A stretch of 64,000 bases of DNA from an uncultured Gemmatimonadales bacterium (GTDB taxonomy: Bacteria > Gemmatimonadota > Gemmatimonadetes > Longimicrobiales > Gaopeijiaceae), in the NCBI GenBank assembly GCA_963809895.1, contig CAWELD010000003.1:1056001-1120000 (forward strand), read 5' to 3'. Shown in pieces: positions 1 through 8,038 of this stretch. The notes beneath the pieces were generated by a model, which did not search any database, was not told the origin of the DNA, and was given only the letters and a program-made list of their open reading frames with translations. Both the position numbers and the translations under genes were made by a program. Each line of letters opens with the position of its first letter. Position 1 is the stretch's first letter.

Positions 1-2
1 GG

Positions 3-323
3 CCTCGCGGACTCCTAGAAGACCTATCCATCGATGAGCAGGGCTACCTGCGCGTAATCGTCACCGTTAGAGATGTCGATTGGCGTGATGCCGCATCGCT
101 CCGCGGCGAGGGAGCCTCTAGCGCCTATCTCCCGACTGACCTGTCCGGCTACTTCGATTCGTACGTGGACATCATCGATCCCGTTAGAGGCGTCCTTGTG
201 GCCCGGCTCTGGTCTGATGCGTACCTCACCACCTTCCTCGACCCGGAACATGCGATTGCCAACGTCGGACCGAGGGAGTCCCCGCGAACATCCATCGTCA
301 GGATTCAAGTCAAGCGACCGTGA
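3..323 (+). CDS. C-terminal part of a probable 6-bladed beta-propeller protein (5' truncated by window edge; not in ORF track)
   Basis: Frame 3 is open from base 3 to TGA 321-323: PRGLLEDLSIDEQGYLRVIVTVRDVDW...YFDSYVDIIDPVRGVLVARL. The pattern resembles the C-terminal blades of the 946-2154 protein. Confidence 0.6.
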   Translation, partial: PRGLLEDLSIDEQGYLRVIVTVRDVDWRDAASLRGEGASSAYLPTDLSGYFDSYVDIIDPVRGVLVARLWSDAYLTTFLDPEHAIANVGPRESPRTSIVRIQVKRP

Positions 324-401
324 ACTGTATCTTCCTTGGGGGAGGGGGTTCCGAACCAAATCGTTGCTTGCATCGTTCACGTATACACGTAGGAGTCTGA
401 T

Positions 402-908
402 ATGAGGAAGTTGTTTGGAGTTTCGGCCCTCTGCCTCGGCATCTTCATCGTGGCAGCCGGTTTTACGTTCCATGCTTCGCCCGCGCATGTCGCGACCGCG
501 GCAGAAGCAGAAGCGCTGTTGAGCGCCCCCATGAACTTCCGGGAGGCCCGCGTCGGTTGCGTAGCCTGCGATATCTGCGGGGATGATGGGCATCTGACAA
601 TCTCCAACCCAGAGGCCCTGAGAAGCGGACTCGTCCACAACTGCTACGACCAATACAACAACTGTGATTTCTGGCACCCCGCGGACTGCACGGTTCAGGA
701 GGACGTGCAGGAGGTCGACCTGGCCGCGCTGTGGCCAACGCTCACCGACGGGACCACCGATGAGATTCGAGGGATTCTTCAGAGGATGCCTGAACGCGTA
801 TACCTCAACGTGGACCGGAGTTCACTTCAGGTACTCGGATGCAGCGGCGCCGTCATTGCGAACCTACCGCTTGCACCCGAGAGCGTCGCGGCGTTAGCTC
901 AAGACTAG
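402..908 (+). CDS. Secreted Cys/His-rich hypothetical protein (168 aa)
   Basis: RBS AGGAG upstream; N-terminal signal peptide; central C-x2-C-x2-C-x4-H-x14-H-x-C-x6-C-x3-H-x3-C cluster. Confidence 0.8.
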   Translation: MRKLFGVSALCLGIFIVAAGFTFHASPAHVATAAEAEALLSAPMNFREARVGCVACDICGDDGHLTISNPEALRSGLVHNCYDQYNNCDFWHPADCTVQEDVQEVDLAALWPTLTDGTTDEIRGILQRMPERVYLNVDRSSLQVLGCSGAVIANLPLAPESVAALAQD

Positions 909-945
909 CCGGCGGTTTGGTTGCCCCTCCCCCAAGATTCTATCG

Positions 946-2154
946 ATGCCCACCGAGAGCTACGTCGACTTCCCCCGATCACTCAACGTGTCACGAGCGG
1001 CATCGGTTGCGGCCCTGCTTTTGCTCCTTGCGGCGTGCGGGACGGACGGCACGGTGCCGAGGATGCCCGAGTCGATGGATACGCTCCACCTCTCCAGCGA
1101 GGTCGTCATCGGACGTGAGCCAGAACAGGCCTTTGGCCACATCACCGCTATTGGCACCGCATCAGATGGGACTGCTCTGGTAGCGGACTCCTATTCTGGA
1201 CAGCTACGTGTCTTCAGCCCGGAAGGAGAAGAGCTCGCCCGCTTCGGCAGAACTGGTCAGGGCCCTGGCGAATTTGGCCTGGTCACTGCGATTTCTTCGG
1301 TGGGCGACACGCTGTGGGCGATAAGGGATGTCTCAAACGCCCGGGTCACGATTGCTTCCATGGGAGGAGAGTTTGTGACCTCTTGGTCAGCAGCCGGCGT
1401 AGAATTCTCAGGTACCAAGGGCTTGGTCACTACACCCAGCGGCAACCTGGTCCTCACCTCCTTCGAGTCAGGAGCTATTGTTGCGGAGACAAGGTCTCCT
1501 TCGGGTGCGGAAGTTGGCAAGCCCGTACGATTCCCTATGACTCACTTCGATGCCTGTCCCAAGCAACTCATCGCCGGCCCAGGTACACCGGTCATTCCCC
1601 TCTCGTCGTCTCTCCAGTGGTCCATCGCCCCTCAGGGCGGGATCTATTTCAGCTGTGGAGACGAATTTGAGGTCAGCATTGAGACATCAGCCGGGACGGA
1701 CAAGACTATCAGGAGCGTGACGCCCCCAGTGAGCGTCTCAGCTGGTGAGCGGGACTTCTACCGTGATTGGATCAATAACCGGATGCATGTCCGTAACCCT
1801 CGATGGCGATGGGACGGAAGCAACATCCCAAGCACCAAGCCACCCATCCTTGGCCTCTACGCGACCGATCGAGCTGGTTTGTGGATCGCCCTGCCGAGGC
1901 CTGGGGCTCCGGAGCCCAAACCCCCACGAGCTTCGGAGGTGGATCCCGATCCATTTTGGTTCTCTCCGAAGAGCTTCGAAGTCATCGGGCTTGATGGTCA
2001 CCCGCTCGCAATCGTTGAAGGGGATAGACACATCCAGTTGACCGTCGACCCATCTCCATGGATTGGTGGACTCTGGGCTGTGTCGACGGATCCCATTGGG
2101 ACGCCTCTTCTCGTCCACTATCGGCTTGATCAACCACTCCGGTCACTGCGATGA
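946..2154 (+). CDS. 6-bladed beta-propeller / NHL-like lipoprotein
   Basis: Lipobox LLLLLAAC; NHL-like motif VADS...LRVFSPEG...FGRTGQGPGEF. Confidence 0.8.
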   Translation: MPTESYVDFPRSLNVSRAASVAALLLLLAACGTDGTVPRMPESMDTLHLSSEVVIGREPEQAFGHITAIGTASDGTALVADSYSGQLRVFSPEGEELARFGRTGQGPGEFGLVTAISSVGDTLWAIRDVSNARVTIASMGGEFVTSWSAAGVEFSGTKGLVTTPSGNLVLTSFESGAIVAETRSPSGAEVGKPVRFPMTHFDACPKQLIAGPGTPVIPLSSSLQWSIAPQGGIYFSCGDEFEVSIETSAGTDKTIRSVTPPVSVSAGERDFYRDWINNRMHVRNPRWRWDGSNIPSTKPPILGLYATDRAGLWIALPRPGAPEPKPPRASEVDPDPFWFSPKSFEVIGLDGHPLAIVEGDRHIQLTVDPSPWIGGLWAVSTDPIGTPLLVHYRLDQPLRSLR

Positions 2155-2666
2155 GGCCTCGGCCGGCTGAATGTTGTCTAACTCGCGTCCGACGACCATC
2201 GTCGGGGAAGCAGGCTTGATCCTGGATGGATGACGCGAGAGCAGGTGCTTTCCCGACCCTTGCCGCGGCGGCCAGGACCTTCGAAGTCTGGCGATACATC
2301 TTCGGAACGGAGGACCCTGAATACCCCAACGTGCGTTTCCCGCGCGCTTTGAGCGCGGCCATCAGGACGGTGGTCGAGGAACGTCTGGAGTAAGCTCACG
2401 CGCCGAGCGCAAGGAGGCTCGCCATGCGCCGCATCGCACCACGCTGGGCCACGCCGTACCTGCTGCTGCTCATCGCTCCCCCGAGCTCGGCGGCCGCCCA
2501 GGACGCCGTCGTCTCCCGGAACGTGAACCTCCGGCATGACCCCTCAACGAACCAGCCGGCGATCCGGCTGATGCTGCCCGGCGCCGAGCTCTTCGTCCTG
2601 GACGGACAAGCCCGAACCAATGGCTACTACCACGTCCGCGCGATGGACGGGGCCGAGGGCTGGGCC

Positions 2667-4002
2667 GGGCCGGACCAGACTGGCAGATAGGTAACACTTC
2701 AGACCGACCACATGGGTAACGGCCACAGGATACTAGCGTCGCCTCCTCGTTTGTGCACCGATGCGGCGGAGACGGCCGTGCTGCTCGTCGAGAATGGCCA
2801 CGAGGCAGGGGCCGAGGTAGATATTCCAGTCTCCGCAGTCCTGGAAGTCGAGGCCCAGCGTTTCGCCGCGTAGGGTCTCGCTCACAAAGTACTCTTGGCC
2901 CCGCCATCGCATCTGCCCGTGTCGCGTGACCCGGCGGGTTTCAAATCGATCCGGATAGGAAAGCGCTTCCGGCTGTTTGGGCATCGCTGTGTTCGACGGC
3001 GTGTAAAGGCTGGCCGGTGTCTTCAGGTCGAGCGCTTCGTGCGGCCGTTCCTCATTGTAGATTCGTCGGAAGCGGTTGAACGCTCTTTGCTGGAGTTCCC
3101 GTGTCCGAGCGGGCGGCCGGGTCGCCTCAGCCTTCAGCGTCCGATGCATGCGCTCATGGGCGCCGTTGTCTTCCGGATGCCGGGGTCGGGTCCGCTCGAG
3201 CCGGATGCCCAATCGGATCCACCACACCGCGAGTTGAGACAGGCCCGCGATGGCCTGGGTGCTGAAAGGGACGCCGTTGTCCGTCCGGATGACCTCGGGA
3301 AGCCCGAAGGCACGGAAGACGCGCTCGAACCCGGCCCGAGTGCCGGCGGTCGCGGTGCTCGGCAATCCACGGCAGTCGAGCAGGAATCGACTGTGCGCAT
3401 CAACGATGGTGAGCGGGTAGCACAGACGACCGCTGCCCAATCGGAACTCACCCTTGAAGTCCGCCGTCCAGACACGGTTGGGAGCATCGGCCTCCGTCCG
3501 GGCCGGACGCCACACGCTGGGCTTCATCGTACGTCGCCTGCGCGGTTTCGTGAGGCCTTCCCGCTTGAGGATCGAGCCAATGGTGCTGCAGGCCGGCCAA
3601 CGTGCTCGAGGGCGCGCCTGCTCCAGCCATGCCTTCAGCTTTCGAGGCCCCCAGGTCGGATGCTCCTTCCGAAGCGCGACGATTTCATCAACTGTCGCCT
3701 GCGGCGTCGCTTCCCGCTGTCGGTGGGGAGCTCGCGAGCGATCCGCGAGGCCCGCCAACCCTTCCCGCCGGTACCGGTCAAGCCATTTGTACCCGACGCG
3801 TCGACTGACGCCGTACCGGGCACAGACCTCCGTCATCGAATCCCAACCCTCCAGAGCCTCCAACACGAACCGGATCCGTTCGTCCATCGGACAGGTCTCA
3901 CTCCACGGCATCGAGCACCTCGTGGCTGTAGGTGCTCTAGGTTGCGTTGAGTGTTACCTATGTGCTCGGATTATTCTGTTACCCCTGTGCCCGGTCCGTA
4001 CC
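2667..4002 (-). mobile_element. IS481-family insertion sequence (1336 bp)
   Basis: Terminal inverted repeats GGGCCGGACC (2667-2676) and GGTCCGTACC (3993-4002), 8/10 match; two internal GGTAAC-containing repeats at each end; flanking 3-bp direct repeat GCC. Confidence 0.85.
2733..3911 (-). CDS. IS481-family DDE transposase
   Basis: MPWSET...ERIRFV start with HTH; rve core with WTADFKG, IRTDNG and NGAHERMH; single ORF. Confidence 0.95.
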   Translation of the reverse strand: MPWSETCPMDERIRFVLEALEGWDSMTEVCARYGVSRRVGYKWLDRYRREGLAGLADRSRAPHRQREATPQATVDEIVALRKEHPTWGPRKLKAWLEQARPRARWPACSTIGSILKREGLTKPRRRRTMKPSVWRPARTEADAPNRVWTADFKGEFRLGSGRLCYPLTIVDAHSRFLLDCRGLPSTATAGTRAGFERVFRAFGLPEVIRTDNGVPFSTQAIAGLSQLAVWWIRLGIRLERTRPRHPEDNGAHERMHRTLKAEATRPPARTRELQQRAFNRFRRIYNEERPHEALDLKTPASLYTPSNTAMPKQPEALSYPDRFETRRVTRHGQMRWRGQEYFVSETLRGETLGLDFQDCGDWNIYLGPCLVAILDEQHGRLRRIGAQTRRRR

Positions 4003-4385
4003 GCCTACTCTCCGCGGGTCCGCATCCTCCCCCCTCCCCCACCTGGCCCCGAGGCGATCTTCAACAACTGCCCGCTCGAGGGGAACGCGGCCCGGGAGGA
4101 CACCCAGGCCCAGAACCGGCTGAAGAACCGGACGACGGCGCCCCAGGCCAGCGACATCAACCCGGCGATCACCCTCCAGGCCGGCTCCGAAGCCGGCGGC
4201 CTGGAGGTCCGCGCGCCCCTCGGTGGCTGCGCTCGTCGGGCATCTCTTCAAGGAAGGAAGGTGCAGGCGGGGCTCGCGGCGCTGGGTAGGTTACGCCGGA
4301 GCAATTACGCTGACTAGGCAACCGCCTGCGCGAAGGACGTGGGCGCTCCAAACGGCCCGGAAAACCGACGCCACACGCCCTCCGC

Positions 4386-5775
4386 TCACCATCCGTAAGG
4401 GTTCTTCGGTTTGAAGCCGAGTCTGACCCGCTCGTAGTCGGACAGGGCCCCCACGATCTCGAGGGTGACGTGGCTACCGCTCAATTCGCCGTGGTCGAGG
4501 AGAGCCTGGGCCACCGCCATTACGGCGCTCCATTCCCTGCGCAGCCACGACCGCGCCACGCGGATCGCGCCGCCTACGTCGCCGGCGCGGCCCTGCAGCG
4601 CCTGGATGCGGCGGATCGCCGCCACGGTTGAAGGCGGAGTCGAGGAGCTGGAACCCCGCCTCCAGCTCGGCCGCGATCCCCGCCGCGCATACTGTGGCGC
4701 ATGCGTCCGCCGAGGTGTCCTCTGGAGGGAGTCCCCCATGGACGCGGCCACCGTTGATGAGCAGGCGCCCGCCGTCAACGCGCCAGCGAATCTCGGCGCC
4801 GGAGAGCGTCTGGTGCAGCCGGAGCATCGCAACAGCGTGGCCTGCCTCGTGGTAGGCGACCATTCGCGCGCGCTGCCATGTCGAAGCATCGGCCAGGCGC
4901 CACGCGAGGGCCCACGGCACGCCCGCCGGCTCCTGCTCCACGACGGCGGCGATCCTCGAGGGCGCCGCGGCGGCCCGACCTGCGGGCCGAGAGCCACCGC
5001 CCTGGAGCTCCTGGAGGACGTCATCGAGGGTGGCGATGCGGTCCGCGAGCCCACGCTGGACCGCCCGGGCCGCGTCGTACGTGCGCCCACCGCCGAACTG
5101 CTGGCGAACCGTCGAGATGGACACGCCACGACCCTTGGCCACTGCCTTCTCGAACGCCCGGCCGTAGGCCTGTACGATGCTCAGGGTGTGGGCCTGGGCC
5201 TCGTCGCTCATGGGCTCGTACGGGTTGCCTTCGGCCTTCTGGTCCGGGTATCGGACGATGGTCGGCGCGATGCCGCGGCCGCCGAGGTTCTTCGACCAGT
5301 CGAAGTGCACCGTGTAGACGCCGATCGAGCCGACTTCGCCGGAGGGCGTGACCACGAGCTCCGACGCGGCGGAGGCAATCCAGTAGGCCGCGGAGGCCAT
5401 GAGGCTGTCCGCGGTGGCTACCACGCGCTTCTTCTTCGCGGCCTCGGCCACCAGAGAGGCGGCCTCCGTGACCCCGTAGACGCCGCCGCCAGGGGAATCG
5501 ACGATGAGCAGGATGCTCTCGACCGAGGGCGCGACCATCGCTGAGCGCACGGAGGCCATGAAGCTGTCGAGGCCGGTGCCGCCGAAGAAGCGGGTCATCA
5601 TCGATTCGCGGCGATCGATCAGGCCGAACAGCGGGATCACGGCTACATCACCGGCCGCGGAGATCCTCTGTCGCTGGCGGGCGGCGCGGATCGCGTGGCC
5701 CAGGCGGTCGGTGGCGAGCGCGGCGGGCTGACCCTCAAGACAGGCGAGCGCGGCGCGGAGCGAGACGTCTTCCAC
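4386..5775 (-). CDS. S49 (lambda gpC/SppA-like) head-maturation protease fused to an M41/FtsH-like HEAGH zinc-peptidase domain; frameshift near 4614
   Basis: S49 motifs DSPGG, MASAAYWIAS, GSIGV, KAEGNPYEP; then AYHEAGHAV, AGIAAE, GGD. The M41-like tail (VMAVAQALLDHGELSG) continues in another frame to stop 4386. GTG start at 5775, 2 nt after the upstream stop. Confidence 0.8.
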
Positions 5776-5777
5776 GG

Positions 5778-6476
5778 TCAGCCGCCGGTCGGGCCGTCTA
5801 GGGGCCACTTCCGCGTCTCGTCTTTGTCGTCCGAGACGGACGGCGCGACCGGCTTCGTTCCGGCCGGGATCTCGGGGTCGGCGATTGGCGGGATCGAGCC
5901 CTTGATCGCCGCCAGGCGAGCGTCGAGGTCCTTCCCGGGCTCCAGCTTCACGCGCTCGAGCTCCCGATAGGCGGCGCCGATCGCCTCGAGACGGGCGAGG
6001 ATGGAGGACCTGTTCGACACGGACCGCGCGGGCCGACCGGTGAGCCAATGCTTCGGCGCCACCTCGACCGACATGGGCTGGATCCGGCGAGTCTGCTCGT
6101 GGAGGTCCTGGAGCTCGTGCTGCAGGCGACGGATCGCGTCATCGGCCGTGCCCTTGAGTTCCTTCTCGAGCCTCGCGATACGGTGCTCGATGGAGACGCT
6201 GACGTTCCACGTCGCGCGCTCCGCGGCGGCGAGCTCATCGAGGGCGGCGCGGTGGATGCGGCCCGTCTCGGCGGCCTTCTCGCGGGCGGTGGCCTCCCGC
6301 TCTCGGAGCTTGGGAAGCTCGGCGTCTCGCTCTTTGCGCAAGGCCTCGATCTGCCTGACGAGCTGGACGCGGCGCTCCAGGCGCTGGGCCCGGGCCTGGG
6401 CCATCGCCTCCTTGTACATCGGGGTCTCGCGGAGGAAGGCCGCGACGGCGTCGGGGTGGAGTTCCGGATCCGGCAT
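5778..6476 (-). CDS. Coiled-coil hypothetical protein (232 aa)
   Basis: Long E/R/A/L-rich heptad-like helices; RBS GAGGG; co-oriented with the S49 gene. Confidence 0.75.
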   Translation of the reverse strand: MPDPELHPDAVAAFLRETPMYKEAMAQARAQRLERRVQLVRQIEALRKERDAELPKLREREATAREKAAETGRIHRAALDELAAAERATWNVSVSIEHRIARLEKELKGTADDAIRRLQHELQDLHEQTRRIQPMSVEVAPKHWLTGRPARSVSNRSSILARLEAIGAAYRELERVKLEPGKDLDARLAAIKGSIPPIADPEIPAGTKPVAPSVSDDKDETRKWPLDGPTGG

Positions 6477-6569
6477 TGTCGGGCCCTCAAGGCTGCAGGT
6501 GTTCGAGGTGGACAGTCCAACGGTAGCACCGGGTGGCCACCACGACCCCGGACAAATTCGCCGGAATTT

Positions 6570-6872
6570 TCATCGGCGTTGCCAGGCCGCTTTCCGGGCG
6601 CGGCGGAGTGCGCGGTCCAGCGTCTCTCCGTTGAGGCCAAGCCGCAGAGCCGCGGACTCCCGGATCCGCTCCGCGGTGCCTCCCTCGGTGGCCTCCAGCG
6701 CCTCGACGGCACATGCGAAGGCGAGCAGCTCGAAGAAGCCCCGCACCGCCGGTACGTGGTGCCAGCACTCCACGGGGATCCCGAGGCGACCGCAGGCGTC
6801 CACGAGCGCTACGAGGTGCTCGGGATGTAGCGCGGCCTCGATGGCCTCTCGGTCGCCAGGGTCTCGGGGCAC
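6570..6872 (-). CDS. Hypothetical protein, possible C-terminal HTH
   Basis: GTG start just after the TerS-like stop; C-terminus IRESAALRLGLNGETLDRALRRARK is HTH-like. Confidence 0.55.
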   Translation of the reverse strand: MPRDPGDREAIEAALHPEHLVALVDACGRLGIPVECWHHVPAVRGFFELLAFACAVEALEATEGGTAERIRESAALRLGLNGETLDRALRRARKAAWQRR

Positions 6873-6882
6873 GGGAAAGCGT

Positions 6883-7338
6883 CTACCGCTCGCCCAGGGC
6901 GCGGAGCTCGGCGCGGGCGGCTTCCACGACATCGCGGATCAACTCCCGGGCCCGCGACTGCGGGATGTCCAGCTCCTCGGCCACGGACGGGGCCAGCCGG
7001 CGCGGCGCATCCTTGAGGACCTGGTTCACGCGCTCCAGCGGCTCGCGGACGAGTCGCTCCATGTCGTCGAGGGCGACGAGTTGGCCCTGCTCGCGGGCCA
7101 CCTCGAGCTCACGTTTCGCGGCCCTGGCTTCGACCTCACGAACTCGAGCCCGCTGGAGGGCCGACGTGTCGTTGCCGTGCTCCAATAGGAAGCGGAGGAG
7201 CGGCTGGACCCGGTACGTCGGGCTGCGATCGTCGGTGCGAGCCTCCTGGAGGCCCTGCGACTCCCAGTTGCGCAGCGTCCGCTCGGTCATGTCGAGCGCA
7301 ATTGCCACTTCGGCACGGGTGATGGTCAGTGCGGCCAT
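6883..7338 (-). CDS. Nu1-like terminase small subunit (possible packaging redirector)
   Basis: N-terminal winged-HTH (TRAEVAIALDMTERTLRNWESQG), then coiled coil ARVREVEARAAKRELEVAREQGQLV, as in lambda gpNu1-type proteins; RBS GAGGG. Confidence 0.75.
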   Translation of the reverse strand: MAALTITRAEVAIALDMTERTLRNWESQGLQEARTDDRSPTYRVQPLLRFLLEHGNDTSALQRARVREVEARAAKRELEVAREQGQLVALDDMERLVREPLERVNQVLKDAPRRLAPSVAEELDIPQSRARELIRDVVEAARAELRALGER

Positions 7339-7384
7339 CTGGCCCTCACGGAAGAAAGGAAGGAGGTATTTTCGTGCTCTCTTT

Positions 7385-7440
7385 GGCGCGAAAAGTCGCT
7401 CGCGCGGCACCCATCCAACTCAGGTCGGGGGACGGACCCG
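7385..7440 (-). promoter_or_regulatory. Putative cos-like packaging site (cosQ/cosN-like)
   Basis: Minus strand reads GGGTCCG-N20-GGGTGCCGCGCG-AGCGACTTTTCGC directly upstream of the Nu1-like gene; layout resembles lambda cosQ-cosN. Confidence 0.45.
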
Positions 7441-7492
7441 CGCTCACTCACCGGTCCTCCTCGAGGAGCTGGTCCGGCGCGCCTGGTCATCG

Positions 7493-7855
7493 TCACTTGA
7501 GCTCTCTCCGCCAGGAGCCCAGGTCCACCTCACCGCGTCGGCGGCGCGTGGTGACGGGCTTCACCTCGCCTGCCTCGGAGCGCTGGAAGGCCCGGATGGC
7601 GGCGCGCGGGATCTTCCACTCCCTGCCCTGCTGTCGGTAGGCGCCCGGGAGCAGGTCGCGGCGGCAGTAGTCCCTCACCGTCGAGGGTGAACGCCCGAGG
7701 ACGTCGCCCGCCTCTTCGACGGTCAGGTCGGCCAGCGAGTCGCCCGTGGGGGTCGGTGTGCTGTCGGGGAGGCGCTCGAGGATGACCCGAGCCGGGACGG
7801 AGGCCTCCACCTCGGCCAGCTGCTCGAGCCAACGTCGGAAGTCGGAGTAGGTCAT
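7493..7855 (-). CDS. Excisionase-like (MerR/HTH_17-type) DNA-binding protein
   Basis: LTVEEAGDVLGRSPSTVRDYCRR...GAYR...REWKIP; RBS GGAGG before ATG 7855. Confidence 0.85.
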   Translation of the reverse strand: MTYSDFRRWLEQLAEVEASVPARVILERLPDSTPTPTGDSLADLTVEEAGDVLGRSPSTVRDYCRRDLLPGAYRQQGREWKIPRAAIRAFQRSEAGEVKPVTTRRRRGEVDLGSWRRELK

Positions 7856-7872
7856 GGCCACCTCCGCCCACC

Positions 7873-8038
7873 GTGCCCAAGCCCGGCACGTCGGATGGAG
7901 CGTCGAGTGGACCTCGGGAGTGTGCCCAATGCCCCACCCCCCTTCAGGGGGTGTGTTGGGGCACGGTGGGCACACCCCCTCTCCCGGTGTGCCCTGGGCA
8001 CGGTTTGGGCACGGTTGGGCACGGTCCTCATCGGGCAC
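7873..8038. repeat. Iteron cluster, putative replication origin
   Basis: Nine GGGCAC/GTGCCC hexamers in both orientations, three tandem TGGGCACGGT, and a central CCCCCTTCAGGGGG palindrome, at the 3' end of the helicase gene. Confidence 0.7.

Larger units (their letters stand above)
2424..4182 (+). pseudogene. Secreted SH3-domain protein interrupted by an IS481-family element, probably also 3'-truncated
   Basis: Signal peptide plus SH3b-like NVNLRHDPST...YYHVRAMDGAEGWA up to 2666. The frame resumes after the IS at 4003 as (A)YSPRVRILPPPPPGPEAIFNNCPLEG...RLKNRT. The 3' end is approximate. Confidence 0.75.

Noticed and set aside
2226..2393. 55-codon ORF with TFEVWRYIF, reminiscent of a HEPN-like C-terminal motif
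   Set aside because: Too short, with no clear RBS or N-terminal part; at most a remnant, and unsupported without a search.
3107..3121. GAGCGGGCGGCCGGG, 14/15 match to the tRNA-Gly 3' end (possible second att site)
   Set aside because: It lies inside the intact IS481 transposase ORF and is a short GC-rich match, so probably chance. No convincing att duplicate was found in the window.
7873..8038. Repeat cluster considered as a CRISPR array
   Set aside because: Repeats are 6-10 bp in mixed orientation with no unique spacers and no cas genes; an iteron interpretation fits better.
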